The position numbers and the translations under genes were made by a program. Shown here piece after piece: positions 19,402 through 29,600 of a stretch of 64,000 nt of DNA; the stretch's first letter is position 1; every line of letters starts with the position of its first letter. This DNA is from Candidatus Akkermansia intestinigallinarum (lineage in GTDB: Bacteria; Verrucomicrobiota; Verrucomicrobiia; Verrucomicrobiales; Akkermansiaceae): assembly GCA_019114365.1 (NCBI GenBank), contig DXFQ01000013.1, positions 5,642 to 69,641 on the forward strand, given 5' to 3'. The notes beneath the pieces are model-generated. The model made no database searches. It was not told where the DNA came from and saw nothing but the letters and a program-made list of their open reading frames with translations.

Positions 19402-21237
19402 TCAGCCGTTGGCTTCGCCGTCCGTCCCGCCCTCCTCGATATCGGCATCATCGTCGATATCGGCATCCGTCTCGTCCGCATCTTCCTCAGCGTTCTCAGC
19501 GTCCTCATCGTTCAGGAAATTCAGCGGCTCGGCCCCGGCCTCAAGCAGCACCCGGCGCAGCCTGTCGCCACTCTTCAGTTGAAGCGGCCGGATTCCGTCC
19601 CTGTCCCGCGCGTTGGGATCGGCTCCGGCCTTCAGCAGCAGGCGGCAGACCTCCGGATCATACACTTCGTGCAGCGGCGTGCGCCCCTCATTGTCGCGGG
19701 CGTTCGGATCGGCGCCGGCCTCCAGCAACACGCGGCAGCTCTCGGCGGATCTGACGCTGTGCAGAGGGGTGGCCCCCATGTCATTGACGGCGTTGGGATC
19801 AAGCCCGACCTCGTGAATCAGAAAGGACATCACCTCGGCATCGGTCACAGCATGCAGCAGGCTGTTGCCGTCGTGATCGCAAAGCTTCGGATTCACTCCG
19901 GCTTTGATGAGCAGGCGACAGACCTCGACGTCGTTAATGCGGTACAGCGTGCTGCGGCCGAAGGAATCGCGCACCCTCGGATCGGCTCCGGCTTCCAGCA
20001 GCAGGCGGCAGGCCTCGGCGCCGGCAACGAAGTGCAGCGGTGTGCCGCCGTTCTCGTTTGCTGCTTTCGGGTTGGCTCCGGCCTCCAGCAGCAGGCGGTA
20101 GGACTCGGCGTCGTCAACGAAGTGCAGCGGTGTGTTGCCGCCTTTGTTTGCGGCGTTCGGGTTAGCACCGGCCTCCAGCAGCAGGCGGCAGACCTCGGCA
20201 TCGGCAATGCCGTGCAGCGGCGTGTTTCCCTCATTGTCGCGGGCGTTCGGATCGGCTCCGGCCTCCAGCAGCAGGCGGCAGACCTCGGCATTGACAACGT
20301 GGTGGAGAGGCGTGCTGCCGTCGCTGTTGCGGGTCATGGGATCGAGCCCCGCTTCGAGCAGCAGGCGGGCGGTCTCGGCATCTTCGGCGCCGTGCAGCAA
20401 GGTGTTGCCTTCGTCATCCCGAACCTTGGGATCAGCTCCTGCTCCGATCAAGAGCCGCAGCGTCTCGGGCGACATGGACGGCGAGAGCTCGAAGTTCGGG
20501 CTGAGGCCGGGCTTCGCGCCGGCCTCCAGCAGCAACTCGACGGCATCGGCCTTGTCGAAATACGCCGCTATCCGAAGAGGTGACATCTCGCCGGTTGGGG
20601 GATTGGGATCGGCGCCGGCTTCCAGCAACAGGCGCGCGAGCTTGGTGTCCTCGCCTGATATCAAGGCCAGAGCAAGAGGCGTCAAACCTTGTTTCTGCGG
20701 CGCGTTAACGTCGACCCCCGGGGTGCGGATGAGGGCTTCGGTGAGCCGTAACAGGCCATTTGACGCGGCCATATGCAGGGCCGTATCGAGGTTTTCGTTG
20801 ACGAGATTCGGATCCGCCCCGAGTTCAAGCAGCAGCAAGGCTGCGTCTTCGTGCGGCACCGAGGCCGCTACGAGCAGCGGCGTCAGTTTGCCGGTAGGCA
20901 GCGTGCCTCTGATCGAACCGGTCTGAGCGTTGATGTCGGCGCCTTCGGCCACGAGTCGTCGGATCGCCTCCGTATCATTGTGCAGAGCGGCATGGTGCAG
21001 GGGAGAGGCGCCGAGCGAGTAGAGAAGCGAGCCGAGCATTTCTTCGACCTTTTGCCGTATCTCGGCTCGGTACTGCGCTTGCGCTTCCTCGTCCGAGAGG
21101 CCTGATTCGTCGTCCGCGGAGAATGCACACGGCTCTTCGCTTGTCGGCGCCGGAGTCGGTGCGTCCGTCGCCGCGCCGACGTTCGGCGACCAGCATGATA
21201 AGGAGAGGGCAAGGGCGAGTAGATGGTTTCTTTTCAT
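19402..21237 (-). CDS. Secreted ankyrin-repeat protein with short (30-aa) repeats and an acidic tail
   Basis: Signal peptide MKRNHLLALALSLSCWS..A, several canonical ankyrin repeats, then ~9 G.TPLH....AE.CRLLLEAGADPNARD.. units. Confidence 0.9.
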   Translation of the reverse strand: MKRNHLLALALSLSCWSPNVGAATDAPTPAPTSEEPCAFSADDESGLSDEEAQAQYRAEIRQKVEEMLGSLLYSLGASPLHHAALHNDTEAIRRLVAEGADINAQTGSIRGTLPTGKLTPLLVAASVPHEDAALLLLELGADPNLVNENLDTALHMAASNGLLRLTEALIRTPGVDVNAPQKQGLTPLALALISGEDTKLARLLLEAGADPNPPTGEMSPLRIAAYFDKADAVELLLEAGAKPGLSPNFELSPSMSPETLRLLIGAGADPKVRDDEGNTLLHGAEDAETARLLLEAGLDPMTRNSDGSTPLHHVVNAEVCRLLLEAGADPNARDNEGNTPLHGIADAEVCRLLLEAGANPNAANKGGNTPLHFVDDAESYRLLLEAGANPKAANENGGTPLHFVAGAEACRLLLEAGADPRVRDSFGRSTLYRINDVEVCRLLIKAGVNPKLCDHDGNSLLHAVTDAEVMSFLIHEVGLDPNAVNDMGATPLHSVRSAESCRVLLEAGADPNARDNEGRTPLHEVYDPEVCRLLLKAGADPNARDRDGIRPLQLKSGDRLRRVLLEAGAEPLNFLNDEDAENAEEDADETDADIDDDADIEEGGTDGEANG

Positions 21238-21319
21238 GGGACTGCGTGTTTGAAGATCAATACCGTGAGCTGCGTTTCCAGACTAAGCTTTCGCGGGCAA
21301 GCTGTCAAGCGTAAAGCCG

Positions 21320-21361
21320 GCGCATGATAACCCGCAGTGTGCGCACGATAACCCGCAGCGT
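21320..21361. repeat. Two 21-bp direct repeats in a divergent intergenic region
   Basis: gcgcatgataacccgcagtgt / gcgcacgataacccgcagcgt. Confidence 0.7.
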
Positions 21362-21615
21362 GAAGGCGGTCGGCCCCGAGTTCTCAGCCTCATCATGGCC
21401 GCCTCGACATCGCCGCCTCAACTTCGCTTCCCGCGCAGCGGCAGCGCTATCACTCCTAAGGTAGAGCGTGCCGGCCGCCCTTGCCGCGCACCCCGGCGGA
21501 GACCGTGAGGCGCCGGGCTTGTCGGCGCACCCCCTTGCTCCGCATGACAGAACTGATGCCCGCAAAGCCGAAATCGGGGCTTGAAACAGAGGGATTTTTT
21601 GCTACAATAGCGCCC

Positions 21616-22362
21616 ATGAACGCCTTTCGTGTCACCATTCTCATCTTGCTCGTCGCCATCGTGGGGCTGATGTTCTACGTGCTGACCGTGTACATCCCCG
21701 AACAGCGGAAGGAGTACAGCGTCTACGAGGCCATGCGCAGCCAGAGCGAGAGTGATGCGCGCGCCGCAGCCGATCGGCGCAACCTCGCCAACAACTCGCC
21801 CGTGAGCGAGAGCCCCGAGGAGGAATCCGCCCGGCGCGAAGTCGAGCAGAGCGCCGCCGCTCTCGAACGCCAGCGCCTTGAGGCGGATGAGCGCAGCGCT
21901 CTGGAGGCCGGCCGTCGCAAGGAGGAAGCCGCCCGCAAGAGAGCCGAAGCCGCCGAGACGGCCCAATCGAAGCTGATCGGCGCCGTCGCCTCCTTCGATG
22001 AGGAGTGGAACTTCCTGCGCATCCAAGTCAATGGCGATCAGCTGCCTGACAAAGACGCCAAGGTGCTGATTGTGCGCGACGGAAGACCCGTATGCGAGGC
22101 CGTCATCACCGGCGCTGACGAGACGCCGGGCTTTGTGATTGCCGACCCGAAAATTTTGCAACCGGCGCAGGGCGATGTCAACATCGACCCCGCATCCCTC
22201 AAGCCCCGCGCAGGCGACGGCGTCATCCCCTCTGACCTGATTGATATCGGCGACACGTCCGTCGATCCCTTCTTCAATTCGAATGCGGCACCCCTTCCGC
22301 CGACCACCGGCAGTTCGGCTCCGGAGGAGATTGAGGGTGTCCTGATCCCCGTAGCTCCCTGA
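21616..22362 (+). CDS. Membrane-anchored coiled-coil hypothetical protein
   Basis: Start MNAFRVTILILLVAIVGLMFYVL (transmembrane), charged coiled coil, C-terminal beta-rich domain; its stop overlaps the metF start (TGATG). Confidence 0.7.
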   Translation: MNAFRVTILILLVAIVGLMFYVLTVYIPEQRKEYSVYEAMRSQSESDARAAADRRNLANNSPVSESPEEESARREVEQSAAALERQRLEADERSALEAGRRKEEAARKRAEAAETAQSKLIGAVASFDEEWNFLRIQVNGDQLPDKDAKVLIVRDGRPVCEAVITGADETPGFVIADPKILQPAQGDVNIDPASLKPRAGDGVIPSDLIDIGDTSVDPFFNSNAAPLPPTTGSSAPEEIEGVLIPVAP

Positions 22363-23300
22363 TGCGAAAAGCTCCTTCCATTCTGTTCGACCGCACGCCG
22401 AGTTTCTCCTTCGAGTTCTTCCCCCCCAAGACGGAAGAAGGTGCGCGTTCCCTTCTCGATACGGTACTGAAGCTTCAGGAGTTTCACCCGAGCTTCGTGA
22501 GCGTGACCTACGGCGCGGGCGGCGGCTCGCGCGAGCTGACGCGTGCCGTGGTGCACGACATGCAGAGCCGCAACATCCCGACCGTTCCGCATCTCACCTG
22601 CGTTTCTCACACCGAAGCGGAGATCGAACAGGTGCTCGAGGCCTATACGCAGGCCGGGGCGCGAGCCGTCATGGCGCTGCGCGGTGATCCCCCGCGCAAC
22701 CGCCCCTACGATCCGAGCCTCGACGCCTTTCGCCACGCTGCGGATCTCGTGCGCTTCATCCGTCATTGGGAGGAGCGCCGCCGCCTGCCTTACCGCCTGA
22801 CCATCGGCGTGGCGGGCTTTGCCGAGGGGCATCCCGATGCGCGCAACCGCATTCGCGAGATGGACTTCCTCAAGGCCAAAATCGACGAGGGCGCCGATTA
22901 CATCTGCACGCAACTCTTCTTCGACAACCACGCCTTCTTTGATTTCCGCGACCGCTGCCGCATCCTCGGCATCGACGTTCCCATCATCGCCGGCATCATG
23001 CCCGTCACCTCCATTTCGAGCATGAACCGCATGGCCGACCTCTCGCCCGGAACGAACTTCCCGGCGCGCTTGCTCAAAGCCATGCTGCGAGCGGGCGGCG
23101 ATCGCGAATCCATCGAGCGCATCGGCATCAACTACGCGAGCAACCAATGCAGTGAGTTGCTTGACGAGGACGTCGACGGCATTCACTTCTACACGCTCAA
23201 CCGCTCGAAGGCCACGCTGCAGATCTACCGCAATCTCGGTATCAACAACTGCTACGATGTGGATCGCATCCACATGCTCAACGAACTTTACAACTCATAA
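22362..23300 (+). CDS. metF: 5,10-methylenetetrahydrofolate reductase
   Basis: FSFEFFPPK, VSVTYGAGG, HLTC, ALRGDPP, TQLFFD, IHFYTLNR. Confidence 0.95.
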   Translation: MRKAPSILFDRTPSFSFEFFPPKTEEGARSLLDTVLKLQEFHPSFVSVTYGAGGGSRELTRAVVHDMQSRNIPTVPHLTCVSHTEAEIEQVLEAYTQAGARAVMALRGDPPRNRPYDPSLDAFRHAADLVRFIRHWEERRRLPYRLTIGVAGFAEGHPDARNRIREMDFLKAKIDEGADYICTQLFFDNHAFFDFRDRCRILGIDVPIIAGIMPVTSISSMNRMADLSPGTNFPARLLKAMLRAGGDRESIERIGINYASNQCSELLDEDVDGIHFYTLNRSKATLQIYRNLGINNCYDVDRIHMLNELYNS

Positions 23301-23303
23301 GTC

Positions 23304-24197
23304 ATGGACAGCACGAACAAGAAACCCGAGGAGATGCCGATGCTCTCCGAGGCAGAGATGAAGGCCATCGGTGAAATCTCCATCGGCCCCGCCAAACACG
23401 AAATCTTCCTCAACAAGCATTACAAGAAGCTCATCTGGGGCACCATCGGTCTTGCGGTTGCCGGTGCATCCCTCATCGCATGGTTCTCGTATCGCAATTC
23501 CGTGCGCGAGGCTGCCGCCGCAGAGCTCATCGACGCCATGAATGCGGAACAGGTGCTCTCTGATGACATCAGCGCCTTGCAGTTCAAGGGCGAAGAGCTG
23601 CGCAGCATCGCGGAGAACTCCCGCTACGGCAGCACGCCTTCGGCGGCTACGGCTCGCCTGCTGGAGGCTCTGCGCCTCGTTGCCGCCGGGCAGGAGTCCG
23701 CCGGTTTCGCCGTGCTTGAGGGCATGGCCGCCGACAGCTCGAACCCGGTGCTTGCCGCGCGTGCCGCAGCCGAGCTCGCCTCGCGCTACATGCTCCGCAA
23801 AGATGACGCCAAGGCGGCGGAATACTGGAAGCGCGTTCTCGACTTGGCTCCCTCGCCCTACTCGGCTCTCGCCTGCATGTCGCTCGGTGACATTGAGCGA
23901 GCCGCCGGCAACCCCGATGCGGCGGACGCATATTACAACCGCGCCGTCAATGACTATGTCAGCAGCGGACTCGTGCAGGCGCCTTCCTTGGATATATCCG
24001 TCGCTTTCCGCAAGCTCATCCTCGGCACCACGATGCCCATGCTTGTCTCGCCGCCGGCTGAGCCTGCTCCGAGCGCCCCGTCCCCGAGTGTTCCGGCTCC
24101 GAGTTCCCCGAGTGAATCCGTGCAGCCTGCGGGCGGCGGTGTGCTCGACACGACTCTCGGCGGGGGCTCCGATACCACGCTGGACACAACCCTCTGA
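23304..24197 (+). CDS. Membrane-anchored TPR protein (YfgM-like)
   Basis: Single N-terminal transmembrane helix, TPR-like helices (A...LGD......G..DAA...Y) and a Pro/Ser tail. Confidence 0.6.
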   Translation: MDSTNKKPEEMPMLSEAEMKAIGEISIGPAKHEIFLNKHYKKLIWGTIGLAVAGASLIAWFSYRNSVREAAAAELIDAMNAEQVLSDDISALQFKGEELRSIAENSRYGSTPSAATARLLEALRLVAAGQESAGFAVLEGMAADSSNPVLAARAAAELASRYMLRKDDAKAAEYWKRVLDLAPSPYSALACMSLGDIERAAGNPDAADAYYNRAVNDYVSSGLVQAPSLDISVAFRKLILGTTMPMLVSPPAEPAPSAPSPSVPAPSSPSESVQPAGGGVLDTTLGGGSDTTLDTTL

Positions 24198-24206
24198 CGC
24201 AAGGCC

Positions 24207-25019
24207 ATGAGCATCTTTCAGGATCACTTCTCGATGCTCTCCGAGCTCGAGCGTCTCGCCGCCATGGTGCAGGATCCCGTCCGGCGCCGCGAGCTTGGCG
24301 CGGAGCAGTGGCCCACGGCCATGATGGCTTTCAGCCTGCTCATCAGCAACGATCCGGATCGCCTCGACGAAGCGCTGGAGGTTTACCCCTTCTTCCGCGA
24401 GAAGACCCCGCTCAAGGAGCGCCTCAAGAGCCTCAGCCTGCTGGAGAACTTCACTCGCTCGCGCAAGGGGGAGGGCTGGCGGTCGTTTTTGCCCTACGCT
24501 CTGGGCGACGAAGAGCTCATCTCTCTGCGCGCCGCCAAGCTCACCACCCTCATGGCCAAGCCGGAGGAGGGCGAGCGCTTTACCGGCGTGCGCGAGCTGG
24601 TGCGCCTGTTGCAGCAGCGCGAGGATGCGCCCAAGACGCTGCTTTGTGCCGCCTTTGAGCTGGCGGATCTTCGCGTCGAGCCCTTGCTGGAGCCTCTGCT
24701 GGATCTGCCTGCGGCGCAGCTGGAGGGGCTTCTGCCGGCATCACAGGCCAACAGACTGAGCTGCAACTGGATGCTCAAGCTGCTCGAGCACCGCCCGGAA
24801 CTCGCCGAGCTCGTCGCCGACAGCCTTTGCGCCATGGGGCAAACGCCTCAGGTGCTCGACCTCGCCATGCCCATACCGACATGGGCTTTCGAGTCGCCCA
24901 AATGCCAGCCCCTCCACGGCTGGACTTCCGCCGAGTATTACGCCCGCATGCTCCCGAGTTTGCAGGGACGCCTGAGCGAAGACGCCCTTCGCCGCGTGCG
25001 CGACGCGTGGGGAGCCTGA
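24207..25019 (+). CDS. Hypothetical protein (helical)
   Basis: 270-aa ORF with host-like codon usage, 9 bp after the previous gene. Confidence 0.65.
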   Translation: MSIFQDHFSMLSELERLAAMVQDPVRRRELGAEQWPTAMMAFSLLISNDPDRLDEALEVYPFFREKTPLKERLKSLSLLENFTRSRKGEGWRSFLPYALGDEELISLRAAKLTTLMAKPEEGERFTGVRELVRLLQQREDAPKTLLCAAFELADLRVEPLLEPLLDLPAAQLEGLLPASQANRLSCNWMLKLLEHRPELAELVADSLCAMGQTPQVLDLAMPIPTWAFESPKCQPLHGWTSAEYYARMLPSLQGRLSEDALRRVRDAWGA

Positions 25020-25291
25020 GGACTCCCCTGCGCCGGGATTTTTTCGGGCAGCTCCGCCCGAGAGCTCGAAAGGCGTGGAGCAGGGGGCAGAAAACGGGCG
25101 GCCGCGGCACAGCGACACTCGACGCGCCCGGCGGCTGATCCGAGAGGCGCAGCGACGGCGGAGCGACGCGAGTCGGTTGGCGGCTTGCCTTTCCGCACGG
25201 GTGAGCGGTGAGCTGCGGCCGCTTGAAGCGCTGCCGCTGCCGCGCAGGCTCGGGCGTGTCTGACACCCTCCGCCGAGCTCTCGGCTCTCGC

Positions 25292-25321
25292 GTCCGTCTT
25301 GTCCGTCTTGTCCGTCTTGTC
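25292..25321. repeat. Short 9-bp tandem repeat (gtccgtctt)x3
   Basis: Visible just downstream of the tssA stop. Confidence 0.7.
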
Positions 25322-25366
25322 GCCGCTTTGATTCCTCACGACTCCCGTCGTGCGGCGGCGCGGGGC

Positions 25367-26611
25367 TCAACCGAAGGGGGAGAAGTATTCATCCGCTTCC
25401 GGACTGCTCGGCGGCGTTGCCGCTTGTTGCGGCTCGGGCATCCTGACTGGACTGCCGACGGCGACCTCGGCCGGGGCTGCCGCAGCGGGTGTGCGCGTCG
25501 GTTTGAGGACGTTGTAGAGCTGGTCTTGGGCGGCCGGGGCGATTTCGGCCAAGATGTCGACGATGTTGGCTCCCACTAAGCGGATGGCGCGGCGCAGCAG
25601 GTAGGGAACCGGGCTGGAGGGCTCGTTGTCTTCAAACCAGAGGCAGAGTTGCTCCATGAGGCGGATGGCTTCTTGCCGCCCTGCGCGTGCCTGGCCTGTC
25701 GGCGGGATGGCAGCGGGGAAGGCGCTCAGCGGGGCGAGCGCTGCTGCGGGCGCCGGAGCCGCCGCGGACGGAGCGCCGATTTCTCCGCCGCTCGGAGGCT
25801 GCGGGCTGCCCTGCGGCGAGGCGGCGCTCTGCTCCGTCCGAGGGGCAGAGGCCGACGGCTCTGCTGCCGCTGCTCCGGCTGCTGCGGCAGCGGGGGCGAC
25901 GGAGTTCAGGAAGAGCAGCATCTCTTTGAGCAGATCGCCGATAAGAGTGAAGTCCGGAGTTCCCATCCCGTGGCCGGCATAAATGTCGCGAATGCTGCGC
26001 AGAAGGTCGATGCTGGCGCTCAGATCCTGCTTTTGGTCTTCGGTGCGGTCGCCGGGGGTGTTTTGCAGGGCGGCACGGATGGTGCGCTCGGCATCACTGC
26101 CTTCGGGAGCTTGCCGGATATCATCGAGGCTGTACGAACCCAGCGCAGGCGAGGCGGTCAGCGCCGTCGCCAGCAGAAGGCGCAGCACGGTGGTGTCTGC
26201 ATCGAAGCTGCCCGGCGTGGGCGAGAGGCGCATCAGGGTGCTGAGCCGCTCCTGAACGTCGCCGTCGTCCGGCACGGGCCAGAGCGTCTCCCACAGGTTC
26301 TCGCTGAGCTCGCGGATGAGTTCGAGCCCTTCATGCAGGCCGCTCAGCCCGCGGTTGGCCAAGCGGGCGATGGTCCAGATGACGGCAAGGCGCAGGTCGC
26401 GGGTCTCCTTCATGAGCCCGGCGGCGGCTTTTTCGAGCTTGCGCCAGTCCGGCGGGGTTGCGGGGATGACGGCGTCGCCCATCATGTGTTCGGGCTCGCC
26501 GGCGTATTGCTCGTCAAGCTCGATCATGCGGGGATCGTACTCGAGGTTCTCTCCGCAGGGGGAGTCGCCGCTGAGCGGCGCGGTGAATGAGGATATGAGG
26601 TCGTTGTTCAT
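25367..26611 (-). CDS. tssA: T6SS protein TssA (ImpA_N, short TssA1-like)
   Basis: PCGENLEYDP, PDW, TRDLRL, LWP ImpA_N motifs; Ala/Pro linker; C-terminal R.EA...FE.NEPSSPVPYLLRRA. Confidence 0.92.
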   Translation of the reverse strand: MNNDLISSFTAPLSGDSPCGENLEYDPRMIELDEQYAGEPEHMMGDAVIPATPPDWRKLEKAAAGLMKETRDLRLAVIWTIARLANRGLSGLHEGLELIRELSENLWETLWPVPDDGDVQERLSTLMRLSPTPGSFDADTTVLRLLLATALTASPALGSYSLDDIRQAPEGSDAERTIRAALQNTPGDRTEDQKQDLSASIDLLRSIRDIYAGHGMGTPDFTLIGDLLKEMLLFLNSVAPAAAAAGAAAAEPSASAPRTEQSAASPQGSPQPPSGGEIGAPSAAAPAPAAALAPLSAFPAAIPPTGQARAGRQEAIRLMEQLCLWFEDNEPSSPVPYLLRRAIRLVGANIVDILAEIAPAAQDQLYNVLKPTRTPAAAAPAEVAVGSPVRMPEPQQAATPPSSPEADEYFSPFG

Positions 26612-26618
26612 ATAGCGT

Positions 26619-29600
26619 TTAGTTCAGGGGCAGTTCGCCGTCGGGGAGCTCGGTTTCCGGGTACTCAAGGAGGTGGTCCGCGGCGGACGGCGGCAACAGC
26701 CCGTCGTCGACGGAGGGCGTGAGGCAGGGCCTCAGGTAGAGGGTAAAGACGCCGCCGCTTTGATTGTCGTCGGTCTGGAGCGGTACAATGAAATAGTTGC
26801 GCGACGCGTCGTACTCCGCGGCGTTCTCGAGCACCAGATCGAGCAGCGCTTGGCGGCGATCGAGGTAATGCGCCGAGTATTCGTCGTCCGCGTGCTTGTA
26901 GAGGCGCAGCAGGAGGTTTTCTCCCGCAGACAAGAGGTGCTCCGTTTCTTGCGTGACGTCGGGCAACGTCCTGAGTTTGCCGGTGCCGGTGCCGGCGCTG
27001 TCGAGCGAGAAGTAGGGGCAGGCGGCGGCTTGCCTGATGCGGGCGTCGTCGCCGCATTCATCAGCGCCGGGGATGATCAGGCGGAAGCTGAGGCTGTAGC
27101 CTTGGCCGCGGAGCTTGTCGATGCTGCGGCGGAGGTTCTCCAGCTCTTCTGCGCCGGGTTTGCGGGGGGTGTTGCGCTGGGTGAGGTAGGTCTCGCGGAT
27201 GAGTTGGCGCAGCTGCCTCTCGTGCTCGCTTCGGCCGCTAAGCGGGCTTTCTCCGGTGTTGAGGCTGAGGCTGCCCGGCCAATCGGCCGGAGCAATCATG
27301 TCGCGATTGAAGGTCATGGCGAACCAGAACAGGCAACTGTAGCCTTCGCGGTCTTTGAAGACCAGCGGCGCGTAGATCGTCTTTTTGTCATCGGAGAGCC
27401 GGGCCCCGGGGCGCAGGCAGAGATCCAGCGCACTCCAGCTGCGGCTCAGCTTCAGGGTGCTGTCCGGCGTGCTTGAGTCGGAGTGCCGGTAAAACTCAAA
27501 CTGCAGACTGCCGCTGGAGGCGGCGATGCTTTCGGAGAGCAGAGGGAGGTCTTCATCGTTTTGGCGATTGAGGTTGAATCTGCCTGTGAGCGGCGTGCCG
27601 TTGCAGAGAATGCGGCAGTAGGGGAAGCGCCGCCCGACGGGGATGATTCGCTTGAGGTCGTCCCCGCTCGTGATGGCCGAGGCGCGCAGGTCTGATGAAG
27701 GCAGCACGGGAATGCAGCGAAGCTCGGACGAAGGATCTGCCAGCAGAATGAGCACGTCCGTGATCTTGCGCAGTCCTGCATCGTGGCTGCTCGCGATGCT
27801 CAGATCGAGCGAGGCAGACTTCTCGGGGATGCTGCGGGCCGCCGCCTGCTTGGCGATTTCCGCCTCGCGCTGCGGGTCCGTCAGGTGAGCCACGGCGCCC
27901 AGCCTGTCGTAGAGGTCGTTGATGTCAAAGGGCGTCAAAATATCTTCACTGCCTCTTTGGGAAGTGTTGCAAAGCGGGAAGCGCCGCGCATCGGCGAGGC
28001 AGGCCGAGATGTCATCCTGCATGGCCGCCGCAGCCTCTTGCTTGAGCAGAAGCATGCCGTGGAGCAGGTAGCTGTTCCACCAGAGGAAGGAGGAGTTGCC
28101 CTGCGCGGGATACCACGAGCCCCAGTAGTTGCTCATGAGTTTGTCGACAGGCTGAGAGATGAGGAACTTCCAGGCACGGTCGGGCTTGAGACTGAGTTTG
28201 CTGATGTAGTCGGCGGATATTTGGAAGTTGCGACGCGTCTCGATGTCGAGAGCCTTCTTGGCCCGCAGGATGAGCTCGCGGATGGAGGTGAGTTGGGGGA
28301 AGCGTTCCTCATCCATGAGGCAGGGCAGATCGAGGGCATCGTAGATGAGGTCGTCGAGCTCGTAGAGGATGGAGCCGACGTCGGCCGAGTAGAGGACTTC
28401 GCCGCTTTGCACGTACTCGGCCCAGTTGCGGATGCCGCTGATGCGGTAGTAGGAGGGGATGGTCTCAACCCAGTACATGACGTAGTCGGTCAGGTAATGC
28501 TGGCAGGCGTCATCCACGCGGGAAAGGGCTCGCTTCAGTTCCCCGTCCGCTGCTCCCGTGTCGGTCTTGCTGCGGACGTAGTCCGAGAGCGCGAGCAGGT
28601 CGGTCATGCGGCGATTGGCACTCCCGGGTTCGTAGACGGGGTTGATGGAGGTGCGGCTCGCGGCGGTGTAGGGCATGGAGGGGAGTTTGCGTGCAACTTT
28701 CGCTCCCGGCTCAGGCACGAGGACTTCGACGTTGCTGTGCGGGGCTTCCGCGAGCCAGGTGATGAGCACGCTGCGTTCCAGCCTGTTCCAATTTTGCTCC
28801 CAGCAGGTGGCATTCAGAGCGCTGCCTTCGGGCGAGCCGAGCTCGCGGACGGCTGCGTCATATTGCTTGCGAGCCTCCTGAACGCGGCCGATGCGGTGCT
28901 GGAAGGTTTCCTCCGGCAGACCGACGGGGATGGGGAAGGAGAAAAGAGAGTTGAGGCGGTCGGCGCGCTCCATCGCGACCTTCCAAGGCCGTGTGGCGGG
29001 CTCTCGGCTTTCATCGCGATCCCAGAAGCGGCAGATGTCATCGCTCAGCAGTTCCTCGTCGCTTGCGGAGAGCTTGGTGAGAGCCTGCGTGACGGAGCTT
29101 GTGAGAGCGGAGAGTTGACTGTGCAGGAAGTCGGCGTTGTGAGAGCTGCCCAGCGCTTGGTCGAGGTCTTGGAAGTTTTGCAGGTCGCGCGCCAAGGCAT
29201 CGCTGAGCGCGCGGCGCACCTTTTCGAGCGCGCGGCGCAGCGAGCTTTCGTCGCGAATTTGCAGGCGCTCTTCCATTTCGGAGAGTTCGGCGGCCTGTTG
29301 ACGGGCCGATTGGTAGCGCTGCTGCCATTGGCGGATGCAGTCCTCGGCCGTGGCAGAGTCTTCACGTCGGACGGCTTCGGCAAAGGCTCTTTCCAGCTCG
29401 AGCATCTCGCCGTGGGTTTGGTGGAGCTGTTTGGCCTGTGCAATGAGGCTGAGCATTTGCCCGTAGTTGAGAGAGGGGTAGATGCTCAGGTCGTCGACCT
29501 CGGCGCAGTATAGGGAGGCTGCTTTGGTGATGGCTTGGGCTGCCTCAATGGAGACCGGGCGGAGGTATCCGTTGAGGATGGTCATGGTGCCGAGGGTTTT

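Noticed and set aside
27783-29513. 576-aa plus-strand ORF inside tssM
   Set aside because: Antisense shadow ORF typical of biased codon usage.
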